Below are positions 10,037 through 21,091 of a DNA stretch of 64,000 nt, one piece after another. Each line of letters begins with the position of its first letter. The stretch's first letter is position 1. Below the pieces are notes generated by a model. It had not been told where the DNA came from. It did not search any database and saw only the letters and a list, made by a program, of their open reading frames with translations. Source of the DNA: Anaeromyxobacter sp. (GTDB taxonomy: Bacteria; Myxococcota; Myxococcia; Myxococcales; Anaeromyxobacteraceae); NCBI GenBank assembly GCA_049840735.1, contig JASGJN010000002.1, forward strand, positions 64,001 to 128,000, in the 5' to 3' direction. Both the position numbers and the translations under genes were made by a program.

Positions 10037-11848
10037 TCACCCCGCCGCGGCGGGCCGCCCGGCGCGCGCCCGCGCCAGCACCTGGGTGATCAGGTGCTCG
10101 AGCTGCGGCAGCGCGAAGGGCTTCGTCAGGTGGTAGTCCATCCCGGCCGACCGCGACCGCTCGCGGTCCTCGTCCTGCCCGTAGCCGGTGAGCGCCATCA
10201 GCACCGGCGGCCGGTCCACCGGCAGCGCCCGCAGGCGCCGCGCCAGCTCGTACCCGTCCATCCCCGGCAGGCCGATGTCGATCAGCACCAGGTCGGGCCG
10301 CCAGCGCTCGGCCTCCGCCAGCGCCGCGACCCCCTCGTGCGCCACGCGCACGTCGTGGCCGAGGCTGCCCAGCGCCTCCGACAGCGTCTCGGCCACGTCC
10401 TCGTTGTCCTCGACCAGCAGGATGTGAATCCGGGGGGGGCTCGCGCGCGACCGGAGGCGTCTCCGCCGCCCCAGGCTCGGCGGGCCGCGGCGCCTCCGCG
10501 GCGGCCAGGTGCGCCGGCAGCCGGACCGTGAACTCGCTCCCCCTCCCCGGCCCCTCCGACGCCGCGGCCACGGTCCCGCCGTGCACGCGCACCAGCTCGC
10601 GCACCAGCGCCAGCCCCAGCCCCAGCCCACCCTGGGACCGCGCCAGCGAGCGGTCGGCCTGCACGAAGGGATCGAACAGGTGCGGCAGCAGGTCGGCGGT
10701 CACGCCGGCGCCGTCGTCGCGCACGCGCAGCACGGCCTCGCCCGCCTGGTACGCCAGCGAGAGCTCGATGTGGCCGCCGTCGGGGCAGTACTTGACCGCG
10801 TTGTTGAGCAGGTTCGTGACCACCTGCTCGAGCCGGGTCGCGTCCCCTCCACCACCACCGCCGGCTCCGGCAGCGTGACGGTGAGCTGGTGACCGTGGCG
10901 CTCCGCCAGCCCGCGCTGCGCCTCCACCGCGCCGGCCACCGCGTCCTGGAGCCGCACCGGCTCGCGGTGGACCTGCACCATCCCGCGGGAGAACCGCGCC
11001 ACGTCCAGCAGGTCGTCCAGGAGGCGCGCGCAGTTCGCGACCTGCCGCTCCAGGATGCCCAGCGGCCCGCCCACCTCCTGCCCTCGCGCCAGGCGGCCCC
11101 GCGCCACCGCCACCGCGCTGCTGATGGCGGCGAGCGGGTTCCGGAGCTCGTGCGCCAGCATGGCCATGAACTGGTCCTTGTGGCGCGCCTCGTTGGCCAG
11201 GGCCTGGCGGTCGATGTCCAGCTCGGTCATGAGGCGCTGGCGCTCCCGGTCCGCGAGCGTGCGCTCGATGGCGACGCCGGCCAGGTGGGTGGCCAGCGCG
11301 ATGAGGTGGCGATGGAGCGGCTCCGGCCCCTTCGGCGCGCGGTAGTAGATGGCGAAGGTCCCGAGCACCTCGGAGCGCCGGGAGAGGATGGGGGTGGACC
11401 AGCAGGCGTGCAGGCCCGCCGCCAGCGCGGCGGCCCGGTACCCGGCCCAGAGCGGATCCGCGCCGATGTCGGTGACGATCACCTGCTGCCGCAGGAACGC
11501 TGCGGTCCCGCAGGAGCCGGCGCGCGGGCCGATGGGCTGGTTCTCGATGGCCTCGCGGTACGCGGCCGGGAGGCTGGGGGCCGCGCCGTGGCGGACCCGG
11601 CGGCCGTCCTCCGAGAGCAGCAGGACGGTGCAGAGCATGCCCTCGGCCTGCCCCTCCAGCACGCGCACCAGCTCGTCGAGCGTCTCGCCCAGCGGCGCGC
11701 CCTGGGCGATCATCTCCAGCACCCGGCACTGGCCGACGACGAAGGCCCGGAGGCGCTCGGGGGCCTGCAGCGCAAACAGCGCGTCGAGCGGTCCCTCGTC
11801 CGCCTGGACGGCGGCCTGGGACACTCCGAGCTGGGGCCCCGCCGGCAT
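10037..11848 (-). CDS. Hybrid sensor histidine kinase (GAF - HisKA - HATPase - receiver); frameshifts ~10845 and ~10435
   Basis: GAF (GSCGTAAF..DI..DPLW), H-box LAHELRNPL, NLLNNAVKY, DDGAG, GGLGLGL, receiver ILLVEDN..DIGLPGMDGY..KP. Confidence 0.88.
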
Positions 11849-11934
11849 GCCGTGCTGCCTAATGCCCCCCGACGCCGCCGTCACGCCGCAGCGGCACGGA
11901 CCGGGCCGCGCGCCCCACCCGGTCCGTGCGCCGA

Positions 11935-12694
11935 CTATCCCCCGGCCGCCGCCAGGGCGTTGCCGCGTGAGCTCCCCAGCACGCCCGCCAGGCCTACCGT
12001 CGCGCCCACGCAGAGGATGGCCGGGGCGCTGCTCCGCTCGGGGACCTGCGCGACCGCCAGCCGGTCCAGGGTGCCCACCCAGCGCCACTCCTCGCGGGTC
12101 GAGATCCCGCCCAGGATGGCCGCAGGCGTGTCCGGTCGCCACCCGCGCGCCAGCGCCAGCTCGGCGATGCGCGCGCGATGCCCCAGCCCCATCAGCACCA
12201 CCAGGGTGAGCGCGCCCGGGGTGAGCGCCGACAGCACCGGCCCGAAGACGGCCTCGTCGTGGCCGGAGACCACCGTGAACGCGGAGGCCTGCCCGCGATG
12301 GGTGACCGGGATGCCGGCCAGCGCAGGGGCCGCCAGGGCGGAGCTGACCCCGGGCACCACCTCGAACGGGACGCCCGCTGCGGCCAGCGCCAGCGCCTCC
12401 TCGCCGCCCCGCCCGAAGACGAACGGGTCGCCGCACTTGAGGCGAACCACCCGCCGGCCGCGCCGGCCGGTCCGCACCAGCAGCCGGTTCAGGTCGGGCT
12501 GTGAGAGGCTGTGGTTGCCGCAGCGCTTGCCGACGTAGAAGCGCTGCGCGCGCGGGGCGTGCTGCAGCACCGCCGGCTCGACCAGCGCGTCGTACAGGAC
12601 CAGCTCCGCCTCCTCCAGGCGGCGGACCGCCCGCAGCGTGAGGAGCTCCGGAATCCCCGGGACCTGCGCCCACCAGCGAGACCAGGCCTGGCAT
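11935..12694 (-). CDS. cobA: Uroporphyrinogen-III C-methyltransferase (SUMT; frameshift ~12652)
   Basis: VSLVGAGPGD, VRLKCGDPFVFGRGGEE, VVPGVSS, AGIPVTHRG. Confidence 0.9.
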
Positions 12695-12702
12695 GGCGTA
12701 CC

Positions 12703-13893
12703 TCACGTGGGCTCGGCCACGCCGCTGCGCCAGCGGGCGCCCCCGGCCACCAGCGGCAGGGCCACGGCGGCCCCCAGCGCCACCGCGGAGAGCAGCGCGA
12801 ACCCGGGGCCGAAGGAGCCGGCCCGCGCCTTGATGGTGCCGAGCAGCATGGGCAACGCGAAGCCGCCCAGCCCGCCGATGGCGCCCACGATCCCGGTGAC
12901 CCGGCCGATCTCGCGCGGGAAGCGCTGCGGCACCACCTGGAAGACGGCGCCGTTGGACATGCCCAGGCAGATCATGCCCGCCACCAGCACCGCGGCCCCG
13001 GGCCCCAGCGGCAGGAGCAGCGAGGTCAGGCCGTAGGCCGCCGCCACGCCCACCAGCAGGAAGGAGAGGAGCCGGACCCCGCCCACCCGGTCCGCCAGCC
13101 ACCCGCCGAACGGCCGCGCCGCGCTGCCGGCGAAGGCGGCCATCGCCGTGAGGTAGCCGGCCTGCACCGGGGCGACGCCGTGCTGGTCGCGGAAGAAGAT
13201 GGGCAGGAAGCTGGAGAGGCCGACGTACCCGCCGAACGTGACCGAGTAGAAGAGGCAGAACCACCACAGGTCGCGGGTGCCCATCAGCTCGCGGGTGGAG
13301 CGGCCCGTGGCCACCGCAGGGCGCGGGCTCTCCCTGGCCAGCAGCGTGAACGCCACCAGCACGCAGGCCAGCGGGATCATGGCCAGGCCGAAGACCGCGT
13401 GCCAGCCCAGCGAGGCGGCGATGCGGGGCGCGATCAGGTTGGTGAGCACGGTGCCGCTGTTGCCGGCCGCGGCGATGCCCATGGCCAGCCCCTGCTTCTC
13501 CGGCGGATACCAGCGGCTGGCCAGCGGCAGCGCCACCGCGAAGGAGGCGCCGGCCACGCCCAGCATGGCGCCCATGGCCAGCACCGACGGGAGCGAGCCT
13601 GCGAAGTGCCAGCCCAGGGCGAGCGGGAGGAACAGGAAGGCCAGGAGTCCGATCCCCACCCGCCGCCCGCCGAAGCGGTCGCTCAGGATGCCGAAGGGGA
13701 TCCTGAACAGCGAGCCGGAGAGGACGGGCACGGCCACCACCAGCGCCTTCTCCACCGGGCCCAGCTGCAGGCTGCCGGAGATGAACACGCCCAGCGCGCC
13801 CACCAGCACCCAGAGCATGAAGGAGAGGTCGAAGTGGAGGAAGCTGGCGATGAGCGTGGGGAGGTGGCCGGGACGGGCCGGGGCGGCGGTCAT
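12703..13893 (-). CDS. Nitrate/nitrite MFS transporter (NarK/NasA family)
   Basis: FLHFDLSFMLW, GVAGASFAVALPLASRWYP, FYSVTFGGYVG, GMSNGAVFQVVP; ~12 TM segments. Confidence 0.92.
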   Translation of the reverse strand: MTAAPARPGHLPTLIASFLHFDLSFMLWVLVGALGVFISGSLQLGPVEKALVVAVPVLSGSLFRIPFGILSDRFGGRRVGIGLLAFLFLPLALGWHFAGSLPSVLAMGAMLGVAGASFAVALPLASRWYPPEKQGLAMGIAAAGNSGTVLTNLIAPRIAASLGWHAVFGLAMIPLACVLVAFTLLARESPRPAVATGRSTRELMGTRDLWWFCLFYSVTFGGYVGLSSFLPIFFRDQHGVAPVQAGYLTAMAAFAGSAARPFGGWLADRVGGVRLLSFLLVGVAAAYGLTSLLLPLGPGAAVLVAGMICLGMSNGAVFQVVPQRFPREIGRVTGIVGAIGGLGGFALPMLLGTIKARAGSFGPGFALLSAVALGAAVALPLVAGGARWRSGVAEPT

Positions 13894-14716
13894 GCGTGGC
13901 TCCTTTCTGCTGAGAGGTGCTGCGCGAGCGCCGCGACGAGCGGGCCATCTTCGGTCGGGCGGGTTCGACCCGCGGCGGGATGCCCAGCGCCACCAGGGCC
14001 CGGGTGCAGGTCGGCCCCACCGAGGCGACCACCACCCGCGCGCGGAGCGCGGCGCGCAGCGCCTCGGCCTGGCCCATCCGCGCCGCCACCTCGAACAGGT
14101 GGCGCGCCTGGATCTGCGAGGTGAACAGGACGGCCTCGACGCGGGCCGTGGCCAGCGCCTCCACCAGCGTGCGGAGCGGCCCCAGGTCGTCCGGGAGCCG
14201 CCAGGCGTAGGGCAAGAGCTCCAGCAGCAGTGCGCCGCGGGCGGCCAGCGCGTCGGAGAGGCCCAGGCTCCGCTCCCCGTGGTGCACCAGCGCCGTGCGC
14301 CGGCCCCGCAGCTCGACCGGGGCCAGGGCGGCCAGCAGCTCGGCCTCGGTGTAGGGCTCCTCGGCCTTGAGGGAGGCCCGCAGCCCCTCGCGCGCCAGCG
14401 CCGCGACCGGCTTGGGCCCGCGGCAGGCCAGCGTGGACCGGCCCAGGAGCGCGCGCAGCTCGGCCTCGCGCCCGGCCTCGCGGGCGGCGGTGAAGAGCGC
14501 GGCCACGCCCACGCCGGTGGTGAGGACCACCAGCGGCTCCGGCTCGTCGGTGAACCCGCCCAGCAGGGCGCCGAGGGCCCGCGCGACGTCGCCGGCCTCC
14601 TCCACCACCGCCGGCGCGCAGATCGCGTGGCCCCCGTGGCGGCGGACCAGCTCCGCCAGCTCGCCCCCGAGCCGGGCCTCCAGCACCGCGATCGAGGCCC
14701 CGTCGAGCGAGCTCAC
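13890..14716 (-). CDS. hemD: Uroporphyrinogen-III synthase (frameshift ~13945)
   Basis: LEAR..ELAELVRRHGG, LTTGVGV, RGPKP, PYAW.LP, FTS..Q, VGPTC..AL...GI. Confidence 0.82.
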
Positions 14717-15035
14717 GCCGCCGCCCGTCCGCCCAGGAGGAGCTCGCCCGCCTCGCTCACCTCCACCAGGTAGATCTCCAGCGGCGCGCAGGCGTTCCCC
14801 AGCGGCTTGCCGGAGGCGATCTCCCACTTCATGGCGTGGAGCGGGCAGACCAGCACCCCGCCGCCCAGCAGGCCGTCGGCGAGGGGGCCCTGCTTGTGCG
14901 GGCAGTCGGCCTGCGTCGCGTACACCTCCCCGGCCCGCGTGCGGAAGACGGCGATGCGCTTCCCGTCCAGCTCGAAGACCCGTCCCTCGCCGGCGGGATC
15001 TCCGCCACCGGCCCCAGGCTGATGCGCTCCATCAC
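14713..15035 (-). CDS. nirD: Nitrite reductase small subunit (Rieske 2Fe-2S; frameshift ~14990)
   Basis: IAVFRT, CPHKQGPLADG, VCPLH; translationally coupled to the large subunit. Confidence 0.85.
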
Positions 15036-17528
15036 GCGCCCTCCACGGCGTCGGCCACCAGGGCCCGCCCGTCGATCAACGCCTCGGGATCCCGCGGCAG
15101 CACCGGCAGCCGCGAGCGGAACTGGCTGGGGTGGACGGGATTGATGGCCTCCAGCCAGGGGTCCACCTGCGCCTGCACCGCGGCCTCGACCTCGGCGTCG
15201 AGGCGCGCCGCCTGCCCGTCCTCGTCCCGGACCACCACCGCCCGTATGCGCTCGATCCCCACCCGCTCCACGAAGTCGTAGGTGCGCTCCAGGTAGCGGG
15301 CCTGCTCGCGGTAGTGCTGCATGAACCGCCCCATCAGCTTGAGCACCTCCTCGTGGCTGTCCACGGTGCAGAGCAGGTCGCCCTTGCGCACCCGCGACCC
15401 GGCCCCGCCGCCCACGTAGAGCTCCCAGCGGCCGCCCTCGATGGCCACCGCGCCCAGGTCCTTGGTGGTGGCCTCGGAGCAGTTCCGGGGGCAGCCGGCC
15501 GTGGCGAGCTTCATCTTGTGCGGCGACTCCAGCCCCTGGTAGCGGCGCTCGATGGCGATGCCCAGGCCGGTGGAGTCACCGACCCCGTACCGGCAGAAGT
15601 CGGTGCCGACGCAGGTCTTGCAGGTGCGGAAGGACTTGGCGTAGGCGTGCCCGGACGGCTCGCCCAGCTCGCGCCAGACCTGCGGCAGCTTCTCGCGCGG
15701 CAGGCCCAGCAGGTCGATGCGCTGACCGCCGGTGATCTTCACCATCCGGGCGCCGTGGCGCTCGGCCACGTCGGCGATGCGCCGGAGCTGCGCCGGCGAG
15801 GTGACGCCGCCGAAGATGCGCGGCACCACGCTGAAGGTGCCGTCCTTCTGGATGTTGGCGTGCACCCGGTCGTTCACGAAGCGCGCGTCGCGCTCGTCCT
15901 CGTAGGCCGCGCCCCAGATCGTCCGCAGGAGCGACGCCAGGCCGGGCTTGCTGGGCGCGTGCTCCTGGCCGGCGGCCAGGGTCCGGAACACCGCCGACAC
16001 GCTCTTGAGCCCCAGCTCCCTGATGGCCCGGACCAGGTCCGGCTTGGCCAGCGGGACGCCCGGCACGTAGTAGTGGATGGCCGGATCCTCCTGCGCCGCG
16101 CCCCCGGCGCCCGCCGCCTCGAGCAGCAGCTTCACGTCGCGCTTGCAGGAGCCGCAGCCGGTGCCGGCCCGGGTGGCCTCGCAGACCGCCGCCAGGGTGC
16201 GCTTGCCGCCCCGGACCGCGGCCACGATCTGCCCCTTGGAGACGCCGTTGCAGTTGCAGACCTGCACGTCGTCCGGTGCCTCCACCACGCCGGCCGGGGC
16301 GGCCGCCTCTCCGGGGAAGAGGAGCCGGGCCGGATCCGGCGGCAGCTCCGCGCCGCGGTCGAAGGCGCGGAACAGGTCCGGCGCCGCGCCGGCGTCCCCC
16401 AGCAGGATGGCCCCCTGCAGCCGCCCCTCGCGCAGGATCAGCTTCTTGTAGATGCCGCGGGAGGCGTCCACGTACAGCACCTCCTCGTCCTGCTCGGCCG
16501 GCGCCTGCAGCCCCATCACCGCCAGGTCCACCCCCATCACCTTGAGCTTGGTGGAGACCTTCGAGCCGGCGTAGGTGGCGCGCGGCAGGCGGAGGGAGAG
16601 CCGGTCCGCCAGCACCTGCGCCTGCTCCCAGAGCGGCGCCACCAGGCCGTAGGTCCGGCCGCGGTGCTGCGCGCACTCCCCCAGCGCGTAGACGTGCGGG
16701 TCGTCGGTGAGCAGGTCGTCGCCCACCACGATGCCGCGCTCGACCAGCAGCCCGGCCTCGCGCGCCAGGGCCACGTTGGGCCGGATGCCGGCGGCGACCA
16801 CCACCAGCTCGGCCGGGAGCGTCGAGCCGTCCTCGAAGCGCAGCCCCGTCACCGCGCCGTCGCCGCCCAGGATCTCCTCTGGTGGAGCGGCCCAGGTGCA
16901 CCTTCAGCCCCATCCGCTCCAGCGAGCGCTGCAGGATCCGGGCGCCCGGCTGATCGAGCTGCAGCTCCATGAGGTGGGTGGCCAGGTGGACCACGTGCAC
17001 CTCCAGCCCCTGCTCCAGGAGGCCCCGCGCCGCCTCCAGCCCCAGCAGGCCGCCGCCGATCACCGCCGCCACCTTCGCCGTCCTGGCCCGGGCGGTGATG
17101 GCCCGGCAGTCGTCGAGGGTCCGGAACACGAACACGCCCTCGCGCAGCGCGCCGGCGGCGTCGCGCGCCCCGGCCATGGGCGGCACGAAGGGGCTGGACC
17201 CGGTGGCCATGACCAGCAGGTCATAGCGCTCGGTCACCCCCGGCCCGGAGACGGTGCCGGCCGGCGAGGTCGATGCGCTCCGCCCGGACGCCCGCGTGCA
17301 GCCGCACGCCGTTGGTGCGGTACCAGTCGAGCGGGTTCAGCACGATGTCCTGGGGCGCGTTCTTCCCGGCCAGGACGCCGGAGAGGAGGATGCGGTTGTA
17401 GTTGCCGTGCGGCTCGTCGCCGAACACGACCACCTCGAACCGCTCCCGCCGCCGCGCGCCAGCAGGTCCTCCACGAAGCGCGCTCCCGCCATCCCGTTGC
17501 CCACCACCACCAGGCGCTGCTTGCTCAT
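15032..17528 (-). CDS. nirB: Assimilatory NAD(P)H nitrite reductase large subunit; frameshifts ~17445, ~17255, ~16880
   Basis: VVGNGMAG, YNRILLS, GGGLLGLEAA, BFD-like CNCNGV..GTGCGSC, HANIQKDGT, CKTCVGTDFCRYG, GCPRNC. Confidence 0.92.
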
Positions 17529-19666
17529 GACTCCTCCTCGCGCCCGGCGCGGACGATCCGCGCTGCGCAGACCTTGAACTCCGGCATCCGGCTCACCGGA
17601 TTGAGCGCCGGGTGCGTGAGCCGGTTCACCGCGCCCTCACCGCCCCAGTGGAACGGCGCGAAGATCGTGTCGTCGCGGATGGCGCTGGTGACCTCGACCA
17701 CGAACTCGGCGCGCCCCCGGCGCGTCTCCACGGTGGCGCGCGCGCCCGGCGCGAGGCCGTGGCGCGCGGCGGTGGCCGGGGAGAGCTGCAGCATGGGCCT
17801 GGCCGCGAGCTTCACCAGGGCCGGCACGCGGCGGGTCTGGGTGCCCGACTGGTAGTGCGCCAGCACGCGGCCGGTGGTGAGCAGCAGCGGGTAGGCCGCG
17901 TCCGGCTCCTCGGCCACCGGCCGGTGGCGCACGGGGTGGAACCGGGCCCGCCCGCTGGGCGTGGGGAAGCGCTCGGCGAAGAGGCGCGGCGACCCGGGGT
18001 GGGCCGGCGACGGGCAGGGCCAGTGCAGGCCGTCGGCCGCGTCGAGCCGCTCGTAGGTCATGCCGGCGTAGTCGGCTGGACCGCCCGCCGAGGCCCGCCC
18101 CAGCTCCCGGAAGAGGGCCTCCGGGCGCCGCTCGGAGAACCACTGGCCGGCCCCCAGCGCCTGGGCCAGGTCGCAGAGGATGTCGACGTCGCTGCGCACG
18201 CCGGCCGGCGGCTGGAAGGCGCGCCGGCGGTGGATCACCCGGCCCTCGAGGTTGGTCATGGTCCCCTCCTCCTCGGCCCACTGCGCCGACGGGAGGACCA
18301 CGTGCGCCAGCTCCGCCGTCTCGGAGAGGAAGAAGTCCGAGACCACCAGCAGGTCCAGCGCGCGCAGGCGCTGCTCGATGCCGCCGGCGTGCGGGGACGA
18401 GACCACCGGGTTGGAGCCGAACACCAGCAGCCCCCGGGCGCCGGCGGGCGTGCCCAGCGAGGCGAGCAGCTCGTAGGCCGAGCGGCCGGGGCCAGGCAGC
18501 GCCTCCGGCGCCACGCCCCAGACGGCGGCCACGTGCGCGCGCGCGGCCGGGTCGTCGATGCGGCGGTAGCCGGGGAGCTGGTCGGCCTTCTGCCCGTGCT
18601 CCCGGCCCCCCTGTCCGTTCCCCTGGCCCGTCAGGCACCCGTAGCCCGCGCCGCGCTTGCCCACCATCCCCAGCGCCAGCGCCAGGTTGATGAAGGCCAG
18701 CACGTTGTTGACGCCCTGGGCCTGCTGCTCGGGCCCGCGGCCGGTCAGGACCATCACGCGCCGCGCCTTGCCCAGGCGCCGCGCGGCGTCGAGCAGCGCG
18801 GCCTCGGGCACGCCGGTGAGCCGCTCCACCCGCTCCGGCCAGTAGGCGGCCGCCTCGGCGCGGACGGCCTCGAACCCCTCGGTCCGCGCCGCCACGTAGG
18901 CCGCGTCATAGGTCCCCTCGCGCACCAGCAGGTGCAGGAGGCCGTTGGCCAGGGCGGCGTCGGTCCCGGGGGCCAGGCGCAGGTGCAGGTCGGCCCGGAG
19001 CGCGGTGGCGGTGCGGCGCGGGTCGACCACGATGAGCTGGCCGCCGGCGGCCCGCTGGCGGTCGAGGTGCCGGGCGATGGGCGGCAGCGTCTCCAGCACG
19101 TTGCCGCCCACCAGCAGGATGAGGTCGGCCTCGGTCAGGTCCTCCAGCGGGAACGGGAGGCCCCGGTCCAGGCCGAAGGCGCGCACGCCCGCGGCGGCCG
19201 CCGACGACATGCAGAAGCGGCCGTTGTAGTCGATGGCCGAGGTGCGGAGCGCCACGCGGGCGAACTTGCCCAGCAGGTAGGCCTTCTCGTTGGTGAGGGC
19301 GCCGCTGCCGAAGACCGCCACCGCGTCCCGGCCGTGCGCTGCCTGCAGGGCCCGGGTCCGCTCCGCGACGTAGGCCAGGGCCTCGTCCCAGGTGGCCGGC
19401 ACCAGCACGCCGCGCGCGTCGCGGACCAGCGGCCGGTCCAGCCGCTCCGGGTGGCGGAGCAGCTCGGCGGCCCGGAAGCCCTTCACGCAGAGCTGGCCGG
19501 CGTTGGTGGGGAAGTCCGGATCGCCGCGGAGGTCCGGCGCCGCCGCTTCGCCCTCGAGCGAGATGCCGCACTGGAAGGCGCAGTAAGGACAGTGCGTCCG
19601 CGTCGCGGTCTGCGGTGCGGGCCCCAGGAGAGGCGGCTTCCCTGCGATCTCGGCGGCGCTGGCCAT
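17525..19666 (-). CDS. Assimilatory nitrate reductase catalytic subunit (molybdopterin oxidoreductase, NasA/NasC type)
   Basis: THCPYCAFQCG..LCVKG [4Fe-4S], DYNGRFCM, LTGQGNGQGGREHGQKADQLPGYR, TTGR..HYQSGTQTRR, MPEFK. Confidence 0.92.
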   Translation of the reverse strand: MASAAEIAGKPPLLGPAPQTATRTHCPYCAFQCGISLEGEAAAPDLRGDPDFPTNAGQLCVKGFRAAELLRHPERLDRPLVRDARGVLVPATWDEALAYVAERTRALQAAHGRDAVAVFGSGALTNEKAYLLGKFARVALRTSAIDYNGRFCMSSAAAAGVRAFGLDRGLPFPLEDLTEADLILLVGGNVLETLPPIARHLDRQRAAGGQLIVVDPRRTATALRADLHLRLAPGTDAALANGLLHLLVREGTYDAAYVAARTEGFEAVRAEAAAYWPERVERLTGVPEAALLDAARRLGKARRVMVLTGRGPEQQAQGVNNVLAFINLALALGMVGKRGAGYGCLTGQGNGQGGREHGQKADQLPGYRRIDDPAARAHVAAVWGVAPEALPGPGRSAYELLASLGTPAGARGLLVFGSNPVVSSPHAGGIEQRLRALDLLVVSDFFLSETAELAHVVLPSAQWAEEEGTMTNLEGRVIHRRRAFQPPAGVRSDVDILCDLAQALGAGQWFSERRPEALFRELGRASAGGPADYAGMTYERLDAADGLHWPCPSPAHPGSPRLFAERFPTPSGRARFHPVRHRPVAEEPDAAYPLLLTTGRVLAHYQSGTQTRRVPALVKLAARPMLQLSPATAARHGLAPGARATVETRRGRAEFVVEVTSAIRDDTIFAPFHWGGEGAVNRLTHPALNPVSRMPEFKVCAARIVRAGREEES

Positions 19667-19683
19667 GCTTGATCGGGATTAAG

Positions 19684-19699
19684 AGCAACTCCGGGGCCA
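19684..19699 (-). promoter_or_regulatory. sigma54 (-24/-12) promoter of the nitrate assimilation operon
   Basis: TGGCCCCGGAGTTGCT on the minus strand with canonical GG-N10-GC spacing, 17 nt upstream of the ATG. Confidence 0.7.
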
Positions 19700-19898
19700 A
19701 CGCTCGCTGGGAGTGAATCCGGGCGGTTCGGGGATCGGCCTCGACGCGCTGCATGCAGGGCCAGCATCGGCCTGCTGCGGGGCCGGGCACGGGTGAGCAC
19801 CGCATGGGCGCGCGCCCGTGCCGCACACGCGCGGCCCGCCGCTCGCCCGCACCTCGAGCGTCAGCGGCGTCCCGCCAGGCCGGTGTAGAAGGGACGCC

Positions 19899-20194
19899 AT
19901 GAACGTCCGGCTGATCCTGATCGCGCCGCTGCTCGCCGCCGGCTGCGCCGGCGCTCCGCGCGAGCTGGGCTCGGAGGCCTTCCGCCCGCCGACCGCTCCG
20001 CGTTCGAGGCCTGCCGTCCGCACCTCCGCCGCTGCGCCGGCAAGGCGGAGCCGGGGCGCAGCGCCTGCCTCGACGACCTCTCGCTGCAGTACGTGGAGCT
20101 GGCGGCCTGGGAGCGCCGGTCCTTCCTGGTGGCGGGCGGCTGCCCTGCCGGCGTGGCCGGGAGCCGTCGCGCGGCGGCGCCGGCGCGGCGCTAG
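19899..20194 (+). CDS. Small Cys-containing lipoprotein (one probable frameshift ~19995)
   Basis: MNVRLILIAPLLAAGC lipobox; the GC3-rich frame FEACRPHLRRC..ACLDDL..GGCP ends at TAG 20192-20194. Confidence 0.4.
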
Positions 20195-20331
20195 ACGGGC
20201 AGGCGCGATCCGGGATCACCTTCGCCGTCCCGAACCGCGATGACCGCTGAGCAGCTCACGCCCGGCGCGGGCCGCCACAGCCTCCGGCCCGCTCGCCGGA
20301 TGGGCGAGCGGGCCGGCCCTGCGGACGTCGC

Positions 20332-21091
20332 CTAGAAGGAGACGAAGTAGTTGCTGCCGAAGGCGTTGTCCCAGAAGGACTGGCCGTTCACCTGGTACTC
20401 CACCGCCAGCTGCACCTCGGTGGTGGAGACCGGCACGGCGTACTTGAAGGACCAGCGCTCCACGCCGGGGTACTCGGTGCTGGTGTAGGTCGCGTAGGCG
20501 CTCTGCACCGTCTGCCAGCCGTCGACCGTGTAGGCGATGCGCACGACCTTCTGGTAGGCGAGGTTCTTCACCCAGACGTCGCCGGAGACCGTCTTGGAGG
20601 TGTAGACGCCGGACGAGCTCATGACGCTCGCCGGGGCGGCCCAGGAGAGCAGCACCTGGCTCTGCGCCAGCACGAACATCGGCACGCCGGGGTCGTAGCC
20701 GGTCCCGAGCTTGTAGTAGGCGCCGCCGTTGGTGTCGGTGTAGGTCTGGCCGGCCACCTCGTAGCGCAGGCCGATCTCGTAGAATCACCGCCTGCTTGTA
20801 GCCGGGCTGCACGGTGGCGGTCTGGAAGCTCCAGGCCTCGAGGCCGTCGTGGGTGGGCGCGGTGTAGCTGGCCGCGGCCTCGGTCCAGGCGCCGCCGTTC
20901 ACGCGGTACACGGCGGTGACCTTCTTCGCGTAGGCCAGGTTCTGCACCTCGACGGCGCCGGTGACGCGGTAGCCGTTCCAGGTGTTCTCGCTGCGGGCGA
21001 AGAGCAGCTTGACCGGATCGGCCGCGGAGGCGGTGGAGGCGGTGGCGAGGGACAGCAGGGCGGCGAGCGACAGGGAGAGAGACTTCGACAC
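20332..21091 (-). CDS. Secreted protein with two CBM21-like starch/glycogen-binding modules (frameshift ~20783)
   Basis: Signal peptide; two repeats G.V.V.NLAY.K.V...Y ... Y.V.GQ.(Y/F).D...G..Y; SD CAGGAG. Confidence 0.78.

Noticed and set aside
10700..14827. 1375-aa apparent HemD-kinase fusion
   Set aside because: Chimeric read-through caused by frameshifts; the middle is out-of-frame transporter and cobA sequence.
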